Positions 18,781-28,252 of a stretch of DNA of 64,000 bases are shown here, in pieces (position 1 is the first letter of the stretch; each line of letters begins with the position of its first letter). A program made the position numbers and the translations under genes. The DNA is from a virus, in the IMG/VR virus record IMGVR_UViG_3300005613_000025, positions 1 to 64,000 of that record; one strand, written 5' to 3'. The notes beneath the pieces are model-generated. The model had not been told where the DNA came from and ran no database searches. It was given only the letters and a program-made list of their open reading frames with translations.

Positions 18781-19520
18781 TTTTTTGATTCAAATTGTTT
18801 ATCGTATGATGTTATTTTCATATTCACTATTTTCTCTATATATCCATTTCTTCTCAGCAATTTGAATACGAGATTTCCTGTTCCGAATTCCCCGCTTTTC
18901 AATCCCTTCTTTCTTTCGGATTTTATTTTTTCCCATGTTTTCTCTAAGTCCTTTATGAAATCTTTATATTCTTTTTTACTTTTATCAAGATCGTCTATTT
19001 CTTGCATTATCGGTTTTGCAACTTTCAATATTTCATCTTCATCAATATCAATTTCTTTCTGCTCAGGCTCTTCGACCCACTTATCATTCATAAGTGAGTA
19101 TATTCCTGTTGATACATGTGGTTCATTCACATCCTGTATATAAACCTCAACATCATATCCTTCGATTTTGATATCATGTCGATCGTTCCAAACGGATCTT
19201 GCATTATCGACCATTTTTTTGACAAGTTCAATGTCTTTATTCACTTTTTTGAAATCGATCAATATATGAAGGTCGAAATCTGAATATTTCTTATCCCAAT
19301 TGTAATTGGCAAGTGATCCTGTGAGTATTATATCTTCGATCTTAGCATCAAGTTCAAGTGGTCTATAAAAATCTCTTGCAATTTTCAAAAGATCCTTTTT
19401 GATATCCTTTTTTATTTCCATATCATTCCAAACCTTGGTGTCCAAATTGTTCTTGATTTTGAATGATTTCACTGGAGCAAGATCACTTTGATTGAATTCT
19501 AAGAATTTTTTAAGATGCAT
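18777..19520 (-). CDS. Nucleotidyltransferase (Pol beta superfamily)
   Basis: TGSLANYNW...SDFDLH, DVEVY; N-terminus MHLKKFLEFN. Confidence 0.8.
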   Translation of the reverse strand: MHLKKFLEFNQSDLAPVKSFKIKNNLDTKVWNDMEIKKDIKKDLLKIARDFYRPLELDAKIEDIILTGSLANYNWDKKYSDFDLHILIDFKKVNKDIELVKKMVDNARSVWNDRHDIKIEGYDVEVYIQDVNEPHVSTGIYSLMNDKWVEEPEQKEIDIDEDEILKVAKPIMQEIDDLDKSKKEYKDFIKDLEKTWEKIKSERKKGLKSGEFGTGNLVFKLLRRNGYIEKIVNMKITSYDKQFESKK

Positions 19521-19607
19521 TTGTTCGATTTCTTTTTAATATATATAAAATCCATTAAACGACTTTTTCGATTTTTAATGTATAAATAAAAAATATAACT
19601 AACTGAT

Positions 19608-20885
19608 ATGCAAACACTTAATGATGTAAAAGACAAAAACATCCTGAGTGACATCTTCGACAATGAAATAATCGTGTTTGAAGATGTCCAAGGCTCAAAG
19701 ATATGGGTCAATTGGAATGGTAAGGAATTCACCATAAAACCAAAAAGAATTTCAAATGAACCAATAAACCTTGTAGATCTGGCGATGCAGAACTTTTACA
19801 ACCCTGCAATGAATTACTTTAATTCTCTTTCAGATCGTGTCAAATCATTGATGCCAAAGAAATGGTGGTTCTGCTTTGAATATTTCCCAGATCAACAACC
19901 GGCCAATATAGATTATAATAGAATACCAAAGAATGGTCTTGTACTTACCGCAATAAACAAGAACAGAAAATATGACTATTCAGTTGAGGAACTTACAGAA
20001 TACGCCAGATTATTCGAGGTTGATCATCTTCCTGTGATATACAAAGGCACTTTGAATGATGATATGAAACAAGGAATTGAATATTTTCTTAATACCTCAG
20101 AAGAGGATCTTGAATATGTTTTCGGTGAAAAGAATTTTGCCTTTTTCTTTTATCGACTATTGAACCCGAATGAGGAAGGATCATTTCTAATGGGGAATGA
20201 GTTTCAAGATAATATTGAAAAAATAATAATCAGGATCAAAGACCAAGAAATGAGTTTTCAGATACTGAATCCCCTATATAAACGAATTAGTCAGGATAAT
20301 GCAACTGATTTTGTTGAGATATACACTCTCATATTGGTAAACTTTCTCACATTCTGTCAGGGTGTTGATATCTCTTCGATAAAACTTGATGGAAAATCGC
20401 GTGATGAAATGTATATTGAACTGGTGTGTAAGCTGTTCAATAAGTATATGAGTGATGTTAAGGATGATCTTGTGAACTTTGATTTCACGATACCTGAATT
20501 TTGGACACAGGATAAATTCAAGATAAATCGTGAACTCATTAAAAACAAAAGAACATCAAGTATAATTGATGAATCCGAAAAGATGGAGTATTATTTCAAG
20601 ATAATTCTTTCGTCATTCAATAAGAAACGAAAGAAACCTATTGGTATATTCACCGATAACACGGTAGAACTTTTCAATTCATATGTTGATAAGATAGATA
20701 GGACCATTGATAAGAAGCTCAAGATAATGCGTGATATGCATCTTGCTCAGACCGGTCTTGTTGACTTTGGATCATTCATTGATTTTGATGTTGAAACAGA
20801 CTCACAGGGACAAGTTTACCCATCTGTATGGGATGAAATTGAAAGTGGATCAATGGATAAAAAGAAGAAAGGCTTTAAAAAATAA
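19608..20885 (+). CDS. Ligase/nucleotidyltransferase-fold protein, possibly catalytically altered
   Basis: FEDVQGS at the position of the EKxDGS motif, FEY, LPVIYKG, IEKIII. Confidence 0.45.
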   Translation: MQTLNDVKDKNILSDIFDNEIIVFEDVQGSKIWVNWNGKEFTIKPKRISNEPINLVDLAMQNFYNPAMNYFNSLSDRVKSLMPKKWWFCFEYFPDQQPANIDYNRIPKNGLVLTAINKNRKYDYSVEELTEYARLFEVDHLPVIYKGTLNDDMKQGIEYFLNTSEEDLEYVFGEKNFAFFFYRLLNPNEEGSFLMGNEFQDNIEKIIIRIKDQEMSFQILNPLYKRISQDNATDFVEIYTLILVNFLTFCQGVDISSIKLDGKSRDEMYIELVCKLFNKYMSDVKDDLVNFDFTIPEFWTQDKFKINRELIKNKRTSSIIDESEKMEYYFKIILSSFNKKRKKPIGIFTDNTVELFNSYVDKIDRTIDKKLKIMRDMHLAQTGLVDFGSFIDFDVETDSQGQVYPSVWDEIESGSMDKKKKGFKK

Positions 20886-20896
20886 TCTTATTATGA

Positions 20897-22099
20897 ATGT
20901 CAAGTATAAAAGACCTGTCAAAGGAAATTCCGGTCATACCATTTCGGAAAAAAGAATTCTTTCTTCAATTCGTGCCAGAGAAGATGATGCATCTTTTGAA
21001 TGTTAAAAAGGTAACTTATAAGAACAAGAATCTCAAATCTGCATACTTGATCGACATTGTTCATGGTATGATTTTGAAATATTATTTCAAAAATGAAAAT
21101 GAATTTGCACTCAATACATTGGTTTTGAAAGAAAGATATGGATACCTTTATAATTATTATGTTGATTATCTGATAGATATAGGAACGATCAAATTGGTCA
21201 GAAAACACTTAGCTGGTGTCACTTCAAGGAAATATGAGATATGTCAGGAGGTATTGAATGGTGACATGCACCGTTGGAAGAATAATGATACGATACTTTT
21301 GAAAAAATATCACAATCGATATCTGAAATTTGAACTGAGTAAGACCGATATTATTCCCGATCACATAAAGGTGAAATTGATAAATGACCTTTTTTCAGTC
21401 ACAATAGACGAGTCAAGGTCCTTATTTTTCTTGGATTCACTCAAAGAAAAGGATAACATATATAAACGAAACAGATATTCTGTTCATTCGATTTCAGAGA
21501 AGCACATTTTTTATCATTTTGACCATTATGGTAGAATGCACACCAATTTCACGATATTGAGATCATTCATAAGAAAAACATGTCTTTTGATCAACAATGA
21601 GGAAACATTCGAGATCGACATTCCAAACTCACAACCCATGCTTCTTGCTAAATTGATAGATGATTCAATGACAAAATGGGTGAAAAAGGACGAGTTGGAA
21701 TTTTTCAAGGAGCTTTTAAGATATGGTAGTTTCTACGAATTCATTGCAGATAGATTGAACATAGAAAGAAAAGAGGCAAAGAAAATAACATATAAGGTTC
21801 TTTTCGGAAAAAATCACTTCAATTCAAAGGCTGATCGACAATTCAAGGAATTTTTTCCAACGATACACAATTTCATAAAACTTTATAAGAAGGAACATAA
21901 TGATTACAAGGTTCTTGCATATACTTTACAAAGGAATGAATCAGAGTTGATATACAAAAGGATCATTGGTGAAATAATGAAAGCGAGTGATGTGAATGTC
22001 ATAACAGTTCATGACTCGATAATCGGACCGTCATCACAAAGAGATCTGATAACTGGAATTTTTGAAAATCAGATGAAAAGGTTCTTTACTTTTCTGTGA
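20897..22099 (+). CDS. Minimal family A polymerase-like protein
   Basis: GRMH, EIDIPNSQP (motif A), RKEAKKITYKVLFG (motif B), LQRNES, ITVHDS (motif C). Confidence 0.65.
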   Translation: MSSIKDLSKEIPVIPFRKKEFFLQFVPEKMMHLLNVKKVTYKNKNLKSAYLIDIVHGMILKYYFKNENEFALNTLVLKERYGYLYNYYVDYLIDIGTIKLVRKHLAGVTSRKYEICQEVLNGDMHRWKNNDTILLKKYHNRYLKFELSKTDIIPDHIKVKLINDLFSVTIDESRSLFFLDSLKEKDNIYKRNRYSVHSISEKHIFYHFDHYGRMHTNFTILRSFIRKTCLLINNEETFEIDIPNSQPMLLAKLIDDSMTKWVKKDELEFFKELLRYGSFYEFIADRLNIERKEAKKITYKVLFGKNHFNSKADRQFKEFFPTIHNFIKLYKKEHNDYKVLAYTLQRNESELIYKRIIGEIMKASDVNVITVHDSIIGPSSQRDLITGIFENQMKRFFTFL

Positions 22100-22129
22100 A
22101 GTATGATATTCAAAATTAATATATAGAAC

Positions 22130-22666
22130 ATGTTCAACTTGAAAGATCCAAATATTTCATACATTGTTGTCTCAGGTGATGTGAATGCGTGTAGCAACTA
22201 CCTTTATTCGAGAGAAACATATCAGATATTGGAAATGAGTTCATATTTCCAAGGTGAATTTGATAGATCTTTGTTTGCTTTCACGAATATTGATAATACT
22301 GACATCAGAAGGGATGCCATGTCATTGATGATGCATTTCAATGAAGATCATATCATTGTGAAATATCATGGTGAGTCCGCGCCAACAAAGATCACTCCTG
22401 ATGGTAAGGAACATCCAATGGGTGTTTTGATGTATAACACAGATTCTGAAAAAAAGTCATACATATTTGAAGGAATTTCATTCAGTTTCATTGAACAACA
22501 ACTTTATTATTTTCCAAAGTCAAAGAAAGATTTCAAGCAAGGTATGGTAGTTGAATGTTACTCGAATAATGATTGGATCGAAAAACGAGTATTTGATGTT
22601 GATACTGAATATGATAGCATGTATCACCTTCTGATAAAGTATAAGAAGATCAGGATACCTGTCTGA
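22130..22666 (+). CDS. Hypothetical protein
   Basis: ORF with TATATA-N4-ATG start. Confidence 0.65.
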   Translation: MFNLKDPNISYIVVSGDVNACSNYLYSRETYQILEMSSYFQGEFDRSLFAFTNIDNTDIRRDAMSLMMHFNEDHIIVKYHGESAPTKITPDGKEHPMGVLMYNTDSEKKSYIFEGISFSFIEQQLYYFPKSKKDFKQGMVVECYSNNDWIEKRVFDVDTEYDSMYHLLIKYKKIRIPV

Positions 22667-23168
22667 ATGCCTCGTCAGTTGAGATTCTCGTGTTGTTTGA
22701 TATCAGTTCGAACCTTTTACATTGTCGTGTGATATACTCTGAGAATTCGATCACTTTTTCATTTGCGTGTCCAATGGTTATATGAAAATCATAATAAGGA
22801 TTCCTACCAAGACCCATTGACATTCTTATGTTCTCAGCGTCACGAGACCAAGCCCTGAGCCACCAGTGTTCTCCGTTTGACCGTGGCTCTGTATCATAAA
22901 GAAATTCTATTTCACGACCATTGAACATCTTTGCGGCATCATCGAATATCTTCTTATCCATTTTATCTGAGATGAATGTGATGTGTGTTCCTCTCAGATT
23001 CTTGTTCAAAACAAGGTTGAATCTTTTTTTCAAGAACCAAGCATAATATTGGTCAATGTCACAATTTGTTCGGATCAGAGCAACATGTTTCCAAGAAGAT
23101 TGTTCTTTGTGTTTGTTCGTAATATCCTCCGGTGAGAATTCAATTATGCCTTTTGCTCTCAGTATCAT
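22650..23168 (-). CDS. 2H phosphoesterase family protein
   Basis: Two HxT motifs (THITF, FHITI). Confidence 0.7.
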   Translation of the reverse strand: MILRAKGIIEFSPEDITNKHKEQSSWKHVALIRTNCDIDQYYAWFLKKRFNLVLNKNLRGTHITFISDKMDKKIFDDAAKMFNGREIEFLYDTEPRSNGEHWWLRAWSRDAENIRMSMGLGRNPYYDFHITIGHANEKVIEFSEYITRQCKRFELISNNTRISTDEAFRQVS

Positions 23169-23222
23169 ATTACAAATATAAGGAAAGAAAAAAAATGATA
23201 TATAAAAATAAACAATTATTTT

Positions 23223-23405
23223 ATGAAAGACGAATTATTGAAATCAAATGCATTATCCACAGAGGAAGTGTCAATGTTAAGAGAAAAGTTCATTCACGAG
23301 TACTCAAAGAAAATGGGTTGGAACTCAAAGGAACTTACCACACAACAGATGTTGGAAATTGCCACTCAGAAAGAATATAAGAATCCAGGATTAATTTTGG
23401 GATGA
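23223..23405 (+). CDS. Small hypothetical protein
   Basis: ORF with upstream TATATA box. Confidence 0.55.
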   Translation: MKDELLKSNALSTEEVSMLREKFIHEYSKKMGWNSKELTTQQMLEIATQKEYKNPGLILG

Positions 23406-23930
23406 TGTTCCCAGTATTGACTTTAATTTTTCTTTTCTTTGATGTTTCTTGATAATATCATTCATGTTTGTCTTGATATTTGTTTTCATGTCAGTGACGG
23501 TGTAATGTTTCAACCGTTCTTCATCATTTCTTAAATAGCTCAATGATATTGTGTTGTATCTGTATGGTTCTGCATCAAAGAAAAGTGTCTCGTCCCAATT
23601 CTTATATTTCTCAGGTGTGTTCGTATTTTTCACATAGATTATAGGCAGTTCAATCTTTTTCAAATTTGAAAGACACCATTCGATCGATTGTGGTTCTATC
23701 AGTATGAAATCACATCTGAATGAATTGTTTTTTATTGATTCGAATATTTCAGTATTTGTGAATTTTATTGTCTTAATTGAAGAACTTTCAGACATTCTGG
23801 TTCTATTTTCGTAGAAATAAACAAAAGTATTTCCGAGAAGATCGAGAAGTTTAAGGTATTCTGAAAGAGATGATACTGATCCGAAGTGTGATTTATTGTA
23901 AAGAAAAATAGTTCTATTTTTTATTTCCAT
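23391..23930 (-). CDS. Hypothetical protein with C-terminal tag
   Basis: Ends HQRKEKLKSILG. Confidence 0.6.
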   Translation of the reverse strand: MEIKNRTIFLYNKSHFGSVSSLSEYLKLLDLLGNTFVYFYENRTRMSESSSIKTIKFTNTEIFESIKNNSFRCDFILIEPQSIEWCLSNLKKIELPIIYVKNTNTPEKYKNWDETLFFDAEPYRYNTISLSYLRNDEERLKHYTVTDMKTNIKTNMNDIIKKHQRKEKLKSILGTSSQN

Positions 23931-23977
23931 TAAACAAATTTATTTATACTTATATAATACAAAAATAACACAATGTT

Positions 23978-24721
23978 TTGAAAATACCCTTTTTATTCAC
24001 CTATATAATTCCTTTCACACACTCACACGAAAGGATAACAAATCTCAAAAGGACCATCGAATGGTTATCTGGTTTCTCGAATGTTGAGATAATAGTTGTA
24101 GAGCAATCAAAGAGTCCTATGTTACACACATTTTCAATGCGTGGATTCAAACATATTTTCACACAAACTGATATGCCATTCAATATCGGATGGGCATATA
24201 ACATCGGTATAAAGAACTCAACATCTGATGTGATAGTTTTCGGAGATTGGAAAACAAAAATGAATCCAGACGATATGATACGATCACTGAATCAACTTCA
24301 AAATAATCAAGTGGTCATATGTAACTCAAAGACAGTAACACTACACCCACATGAATTCGACAATGATTTTCAAAAACTGGGTATGTTGAATAGAAATAAC
24401 GATAAATCTCATATATCACAGGCAATTGTTGCCATGAGAAAGGATGCTCTTGAAAGATTGTCATTGTGGCCTGAGGACTTTTTTGAAGGAGACCATGTGT
24501 ATCAACTTCAAGACATCAAAATAAAACAGCTCACATCTTATCAGGAAATGCCATTCACAGCTTTCAGATACATTGAAAGTGAGATGAATATAAGTCAGAT
24601 AAATGAATCAAGAAACAACATGTTGATCGAGAATTATAAGAAAATGGATAATTCAAACTTTGAGAGGAGTATTGCATCAACAAGGTCAAAAATAGGACTG
24701 AAAATGAGATTTACAGCATGA
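23978..24721 (+). CDS. Glycosyltransferase-like protein (GT-A fold)
   Basis: YIIPF, EIIVVEQ, FNIGWAYNIG; the DxD motif is degenerate (FGDWK). Confidence 0.65.
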   Translation: MKIPFLFTYIIPFTHSHERITNLKRTIEWLSGFSNVEIIVVEQSKSPMLHTFSMRGFKHIFTQTDMPFNIGWAYNIGIKNSTSDVIVFGDWKTKMNPDDMIRSLNQLQNNQVVICNSKTVTLHPHEFDNDFQKLGMLNRNNDKSHISQAIVAMRKDALERLSLWPEDFFEGDHVYQLQDIKIKQLTSYQEMPFTAFRYIESEMNISQINESRNNMLIENYKKMDNSNFERSIASTRSKIGLKMRFTA

Positions 24722-24921
24722 TGACCTACTCAATGACATATGAAAGATCTAAGATAAACGATCTATCACAATATGGATTCGATGTTAGTGATGAACTTAC
24801 TAAATTGTTATCAGAGGAGTTGGCCAAAGAAATTGATCAAGTGATTCTTTCCAGTTTAGGGATAGACACTTTTGATGAAAAATTAAAAAAATTAACAGAT
24901 AGGTTGTATGGAAAAGAATAA
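24718..24921 (+). CDS. Capsid-protein fragment (backbone-helix region) with FDEKLKKL tail
   Basis: RSKINDLSQYGFDVSDELTKLLSEELAKEIDQVIL vs MCP RTEIEDIKANTGMDIVQKMESILVNELSQVISRQIV. Confidence 0.65.
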   Translation: MMTYSMTYERSKINDLSQYGFDVSDELTKLLSEELAKEIDQVILSSLGIDTFDEKLKKLTDRLYGKE

Positions 24922-26020
24922 TGTTGATAGACAATATTTTGAACTTGCTAAGAAAATTCTCTATAAAGGTCGAAAAAAATCAGACCGAACAGGAACTGGA
25001 ACGGTATCAATATTCGGGTCCGAGATGAGATTCGATATGTCAGAAGGATTCCCACTACTTACCTCAAAGAAGGTTTTCACAAAGGCAGTTATACACGAAC
25101 TTATTTGGTTTCTGAGAGGTGACACCAATATAAAATACCTTTTAAAGAATGATGTTCATATTTGGGATGGTGATGCTTACAAGCACTATACGAAAACTCC
25201 TCTTGATAAATTAAGTGAAGATGAGTGTAAATTGGTATCAGCCTCGCATAAGTTGTTTGACCATTTTGATAAAGATGAATTCATTGAGAAAATAATGACA
25301 GATGAAAGTTTCTGTAAGAAATTTGGCGATCTTGGTCCGATCTATGGACATCAATGGAGAAATTGGGGAGGTTACTCTGAAACACATCTCTCAAATGAGA
25401 AAGATGAGAACGGCTTTTTGAAGTATTATGAAAAAAAGATACATGGTTTTGATCAAATAAAGAAATTGTTGGATGACCTTAGAAACGATCCAGATTCAAG
25501 AAGATTAATAGTTTCTGCATGGAATGTTGATGCACTCGATGACATGAAATTACCACCCTGTCATTATGGGTTCCAATGTTATACTTATGAAATGGACCTT
25601 CAAGAAAGGAGATATGAATGGTGTATGTCATTGGGTAAAGATATTTCGTACTCAGAAGATGTCACACACGAATGGCTTGACGACATTGAATTTCCAAAAA
25701 GAAAGATCAGTTTGAAATGGCATCAGCGTTCTGTCGATTTTTCATTGGGTCTGCCTTTCAATATTGCGTCATATGCGATTCTGTTACATTTGATAGCAAA
25801 TGAAGTTGGTATGTTACCTGACGAATTGATATTCACCGGAGGAGACACACACATCTATTTAAATCAAATTGATGGTATCAAAGAGCAATTGAAACAGGAG
25901 ACATTTGAATTACCAAGTATCGAACTCAGTAATGATTCCATATTTGATGTGAAATTCGAGGATATAAAGATAGTGAATTACCGATCATCGAAAAGGATCA
26001 GTATGCCACTTTCAAATTAA
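24908..26020 (+). CDS. thyA: Thymidylate synthase
   Basis: DRTGTGT, ELIWFLRG, DSRRLIVSAWN, LPPCH, QRSVD..LGLPFN, GDTHIY. Confidence 0.97.
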   Translation: MEKNNVDRQYFELAKKILYKGRKKSDRTGTGTVSIFGSEMRFDMSEGFPLLTSKKVFTKAVIHELIWFLRGDTNIKYLLKNDVHIWDGDAYKHYTKTPLDKLSEDECKLVSASHKLFDHFDKDEFIEKIMTDESFCKKFGDLGPIYGHQWRNWGGYSETHLSNEKDENGFLKYYEKKIHGFDQIKKLLDDLRNDPDSRRLIVSAWNVDALDDMKLPPCHYGFQCYTYEMDLQERRYEWCMSLGKDISYSEDVTHEWLDDIEFPKRKISLKWHQRSVDFSLGLPFNIASYAILLHLIANEVGMLPDELIFTGGDTHIYLNQIDGIKEQLKQETFELPSIELSNDSIFDVKFEDIKIVNYRSSKRISMPLSN

Positions 26021-26036
26021 AAAATAATATAAAAAA

Positions 26037-26534
26037 ATGGAGGAATTAAAAGAACAACAGCAATCAATATATGATTCAATTGTAGAACAATTGAAAGATG
26101 TTGACACAAAAGACCTGAGAGATGATATTGAACAATCTCCAATGACAAAAATAGTCGAACAACAGAAGGTTTACTTTTGGATAAGATTATACATAAATGA
26201 TGTTGATGATAAATTGGATGTTGGTGACGATATCGATATCATCTATATGGATGATGAATCACTTGACACCAAATTCATTACATATGGTAAAAAGAATGCA
26301 ACCCGTGACATGGACGAAGATATCATAAATTATGAACAGGAAGATGATACAAAATGTCTTTGTTTGATGGTTGATGAGGATCGTGTGAAGAGAAGTTCAG
26401 ATGACATTCCTTTCATAAGAACCTTGTTCAAAACATCACCATATTATCAAGAACAGGTTTATAGAAAAAAAGATCTTGTATTCAAAAATAAAAGAACCGG
26501 TGAGGTATATGAATATTATCAAGTTGATTTTTAA
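26037..26534 (+). CDS. Hypothetical acidic protein
   Basis: ORF in operon. Confidence 0.6.
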   Translation: MEELKEQQQSIYDSIVEQLKDVDTKDLRDDIEQSPMTKIVEQQKVYFWIRLYINDVDDKLDVGDDIDIIYMDDESLDTKFITYGKKNATRDMDEDIINYEQEDDTKCLCLMVDEDRVKRSSDDIPFIRTLFKTSPYYQEQVYRKKDLVFKNKRTGEVYEYYQVDF

Positions 26535-26707
26535 TGGATATGAAAGAAAACGATGAAAAAATATTGTTGGGCAAAAAACCAATGGAACAAGGATATGTTT
26601 ACGCACCTTATATAATCAAACATGAGGTTAGCATAATGTATAGCTCACAATTCGATTTCGATGAACGACTTAAAAAACTTTGTGAAAAATTATATAAAAA
26701 AAAATGA
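26534..26707 (+). CDS. Capsid-protein C-terminal fragment (57 aa) with FDERLKKL tail
   Basis: MDMKENDEKILLGKKPMEQGYVYAPYII...FDERLKKLCEKLY vs MCP DNRIVLGRKNNPDQPGLIFVPYL; coupled to both neighbours; not in the ORF track. Confidence 0.65.
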   Translation: MDMKENDEKILLGKKPMEQGYVYAPYIIKHEVSIMYSSQFDFDERLKKLCEKLYKKK

Positions 26708-26952
26708 GTAAAAGAAAATATCATGTATGGGAAGATATATATCCACTGACTTTGATTCAAATGAGGTATGGTGGTAAATATGTTGCATTCAATTGTGAAG
26801 AAGATTCAGGACATGTTCAAAATGTCAATACAGAAGAAGTTCATTATCATTTGGAAGATTGGTTGAAAGAGAATGTTTCACCATGTCATTATGGTGTGGG
26901 TGATACAATAATGGATGCTATGAATGACCTACTTGATTCTATGAATTCTTGA
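26704..26952 (+). CDS. Hypothetical protein
   Basis: Coupled ORF. Confidence 0.6.
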   Translation: MSKRKYHVWEDIYPLTLIQMRYGGKYVAFNCEEDSGHVQNVNTEEVHYHLEDWLKENVSPCHYGVGDTIMDAMNDLLDSMNS

Positions 26953-27471
26953 TCATTTCAAGAATCTCAGTTTATACACCAATTTGTATATGACAATAAG
27001 AACCTCATCGATCAGTGCTTGAAGATGTGCATCTTCTTCTTTTATTGCAGAGTATCTTGTTCTTTTTACGAATTCTGCAAGTTCTATAAAGTATTGAACA
27101 GGTTCCACATCTGAATTGACTGTCTTATCGATATTATCCCATCCTTCAATAAGATCATATTGTCCTTGATAAACTTCAACCAGGTCATCAATGAGGTCCA
27201 ATATACCACCATCATCTTCACCACCTTCGTAATATTCCTGTAAGGCAATGTGTGATGCAAATGCTCCATCGCCTTGTGCCTTCAAGTGAAACATATGAGC
27301 CATTTCACGACTTTCAAATAATTTTGAAAAGAATTTCACAGGTTCTGATTTCACAGGTCCTTCACCTAAATTTACAGGATCATCCTGTCTGATGGGCATA
27401 AGTTCATTCTGTTCATTTTCTACTATTCTTTTGACTTTTCTTGTTTGTTTGATGTCTGTGAATCTTTTCAT
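26953..27471 (-). CDS. Ferritin/Dps-like four-helix protein
   Basis: HMFHL...HIALQEYY...IDDLVEVYQG...YKLRFL. Confidence 0.65.
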   Translation of the reverse strand: MKRFTDIKQTRKVKRIVENEQNELMPIRQDDPVNLGEGPVKSEPVKFFSKLFESREMAHMFHLKAQGDGAFASHIALQEYYEGGEDDGGILDLIDDLVEVYQGQYDLIEGWDNIDKTVNSDVEPVQYFIELAEFVKRTRYSAIKEEDAHLQALIDEVLIVIYKLVYKLRFLK

Positions 27472-27487
27472 TGTTTTTTATTATTTT

Positions 27488-27928
27488 TTAGTTATTGTAT
27501 ATATCATCAACTTTTTTGGCCATTTCATGGTCAAGTTCTGTTATCTTGTTTTCCTTATTGGTTTTAAATAATAAGGTGACCTCATTGAATTTGATATTTA
27601 TTCTTGGGTGATGTTGTTCTTTTTCTGATAGTTCAGCGACCTTATTTACGAAATCAATTGATTCTTTGAAATTATCAAATTCATATTTTCTTCTTAAAAA
27701 TCCATTTACTTCGAGCCATTCAGTTGATTCGACCTGTTCATTGAATTGATCCATTTTTTGAACACTTGATATTGTGTAATGTATCACATAACCATTCTCA
27801 TCAAGCATTTCATTTACCTTATATGTGGCCTCACCTTCATTATCAGCATCGATCTCCATGGTGACATCTGCGCTCACAATATAATTCTGTTGTAAGTTGT
27901 TTTCTATCAGTTTAGTGAATTTTCTCAT
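27488..27928 (-). CDS. Pterin-4a-carbinolamine dehydratase domain protein
   Basis: FDNFKESIDFVNKVAELSEKEQHHP...ITELD; start at ATG 27928 after a TATATA box. Confidence 0.8.
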   Translation of the reverse strand: MRKFTKLIENNLQQNYIVSADVTMEIDADNEGEATYKVNEMLDENGYVIHYTISSVQKMDQFNEQVESTEWLEVNGFLRRKYEFDNFKESIDFVNKVAELSEKEQHHPRINIKFNEVTLLFKTNKENKITELDHEMAKKVDDIYNN

Positions 27929-28006
27929 AACATATATATTATGTTTCATTTTTACAAAATTCACATTTTAAAAAATAATATATACATCAAAATAAATATC
28001 ATTAAT

Positions 28007-28252
28007 ATGCAATTCATTAAGAAATTCACCAAATTCAAAGAGTCTGTTATGACTGAAGAGCCAGTTGTAAAACCAGACAGAACAAAAACAAAACCAAGTA
28101 CAAGACCTCAAAGACCGACACCCTTTCCGACCAAGAGGCCATCTGAACATGACCTACCAAGTCCAAAGGCAACTCAGGATGATGTTATCGATCGGTTCAT
28201 ACAACTTGCGATTGAGAACGAAATAGATATGAAAAAATATATTAAACAATAA
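28007..28252 (+). CDS. Small Pro-rich protein with capsid-targeting-like N-terminus
   Basis: MQFIKKFTKFKES. Confidence 0.6.
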   Translation: MQFIKKFTKFKESVMTEEPVVKPDRTKTKPSTRPQRPTPFPTKRPSEHDLPSPKATQDDVIDRFIQLAIENEIDMKKYIKQ

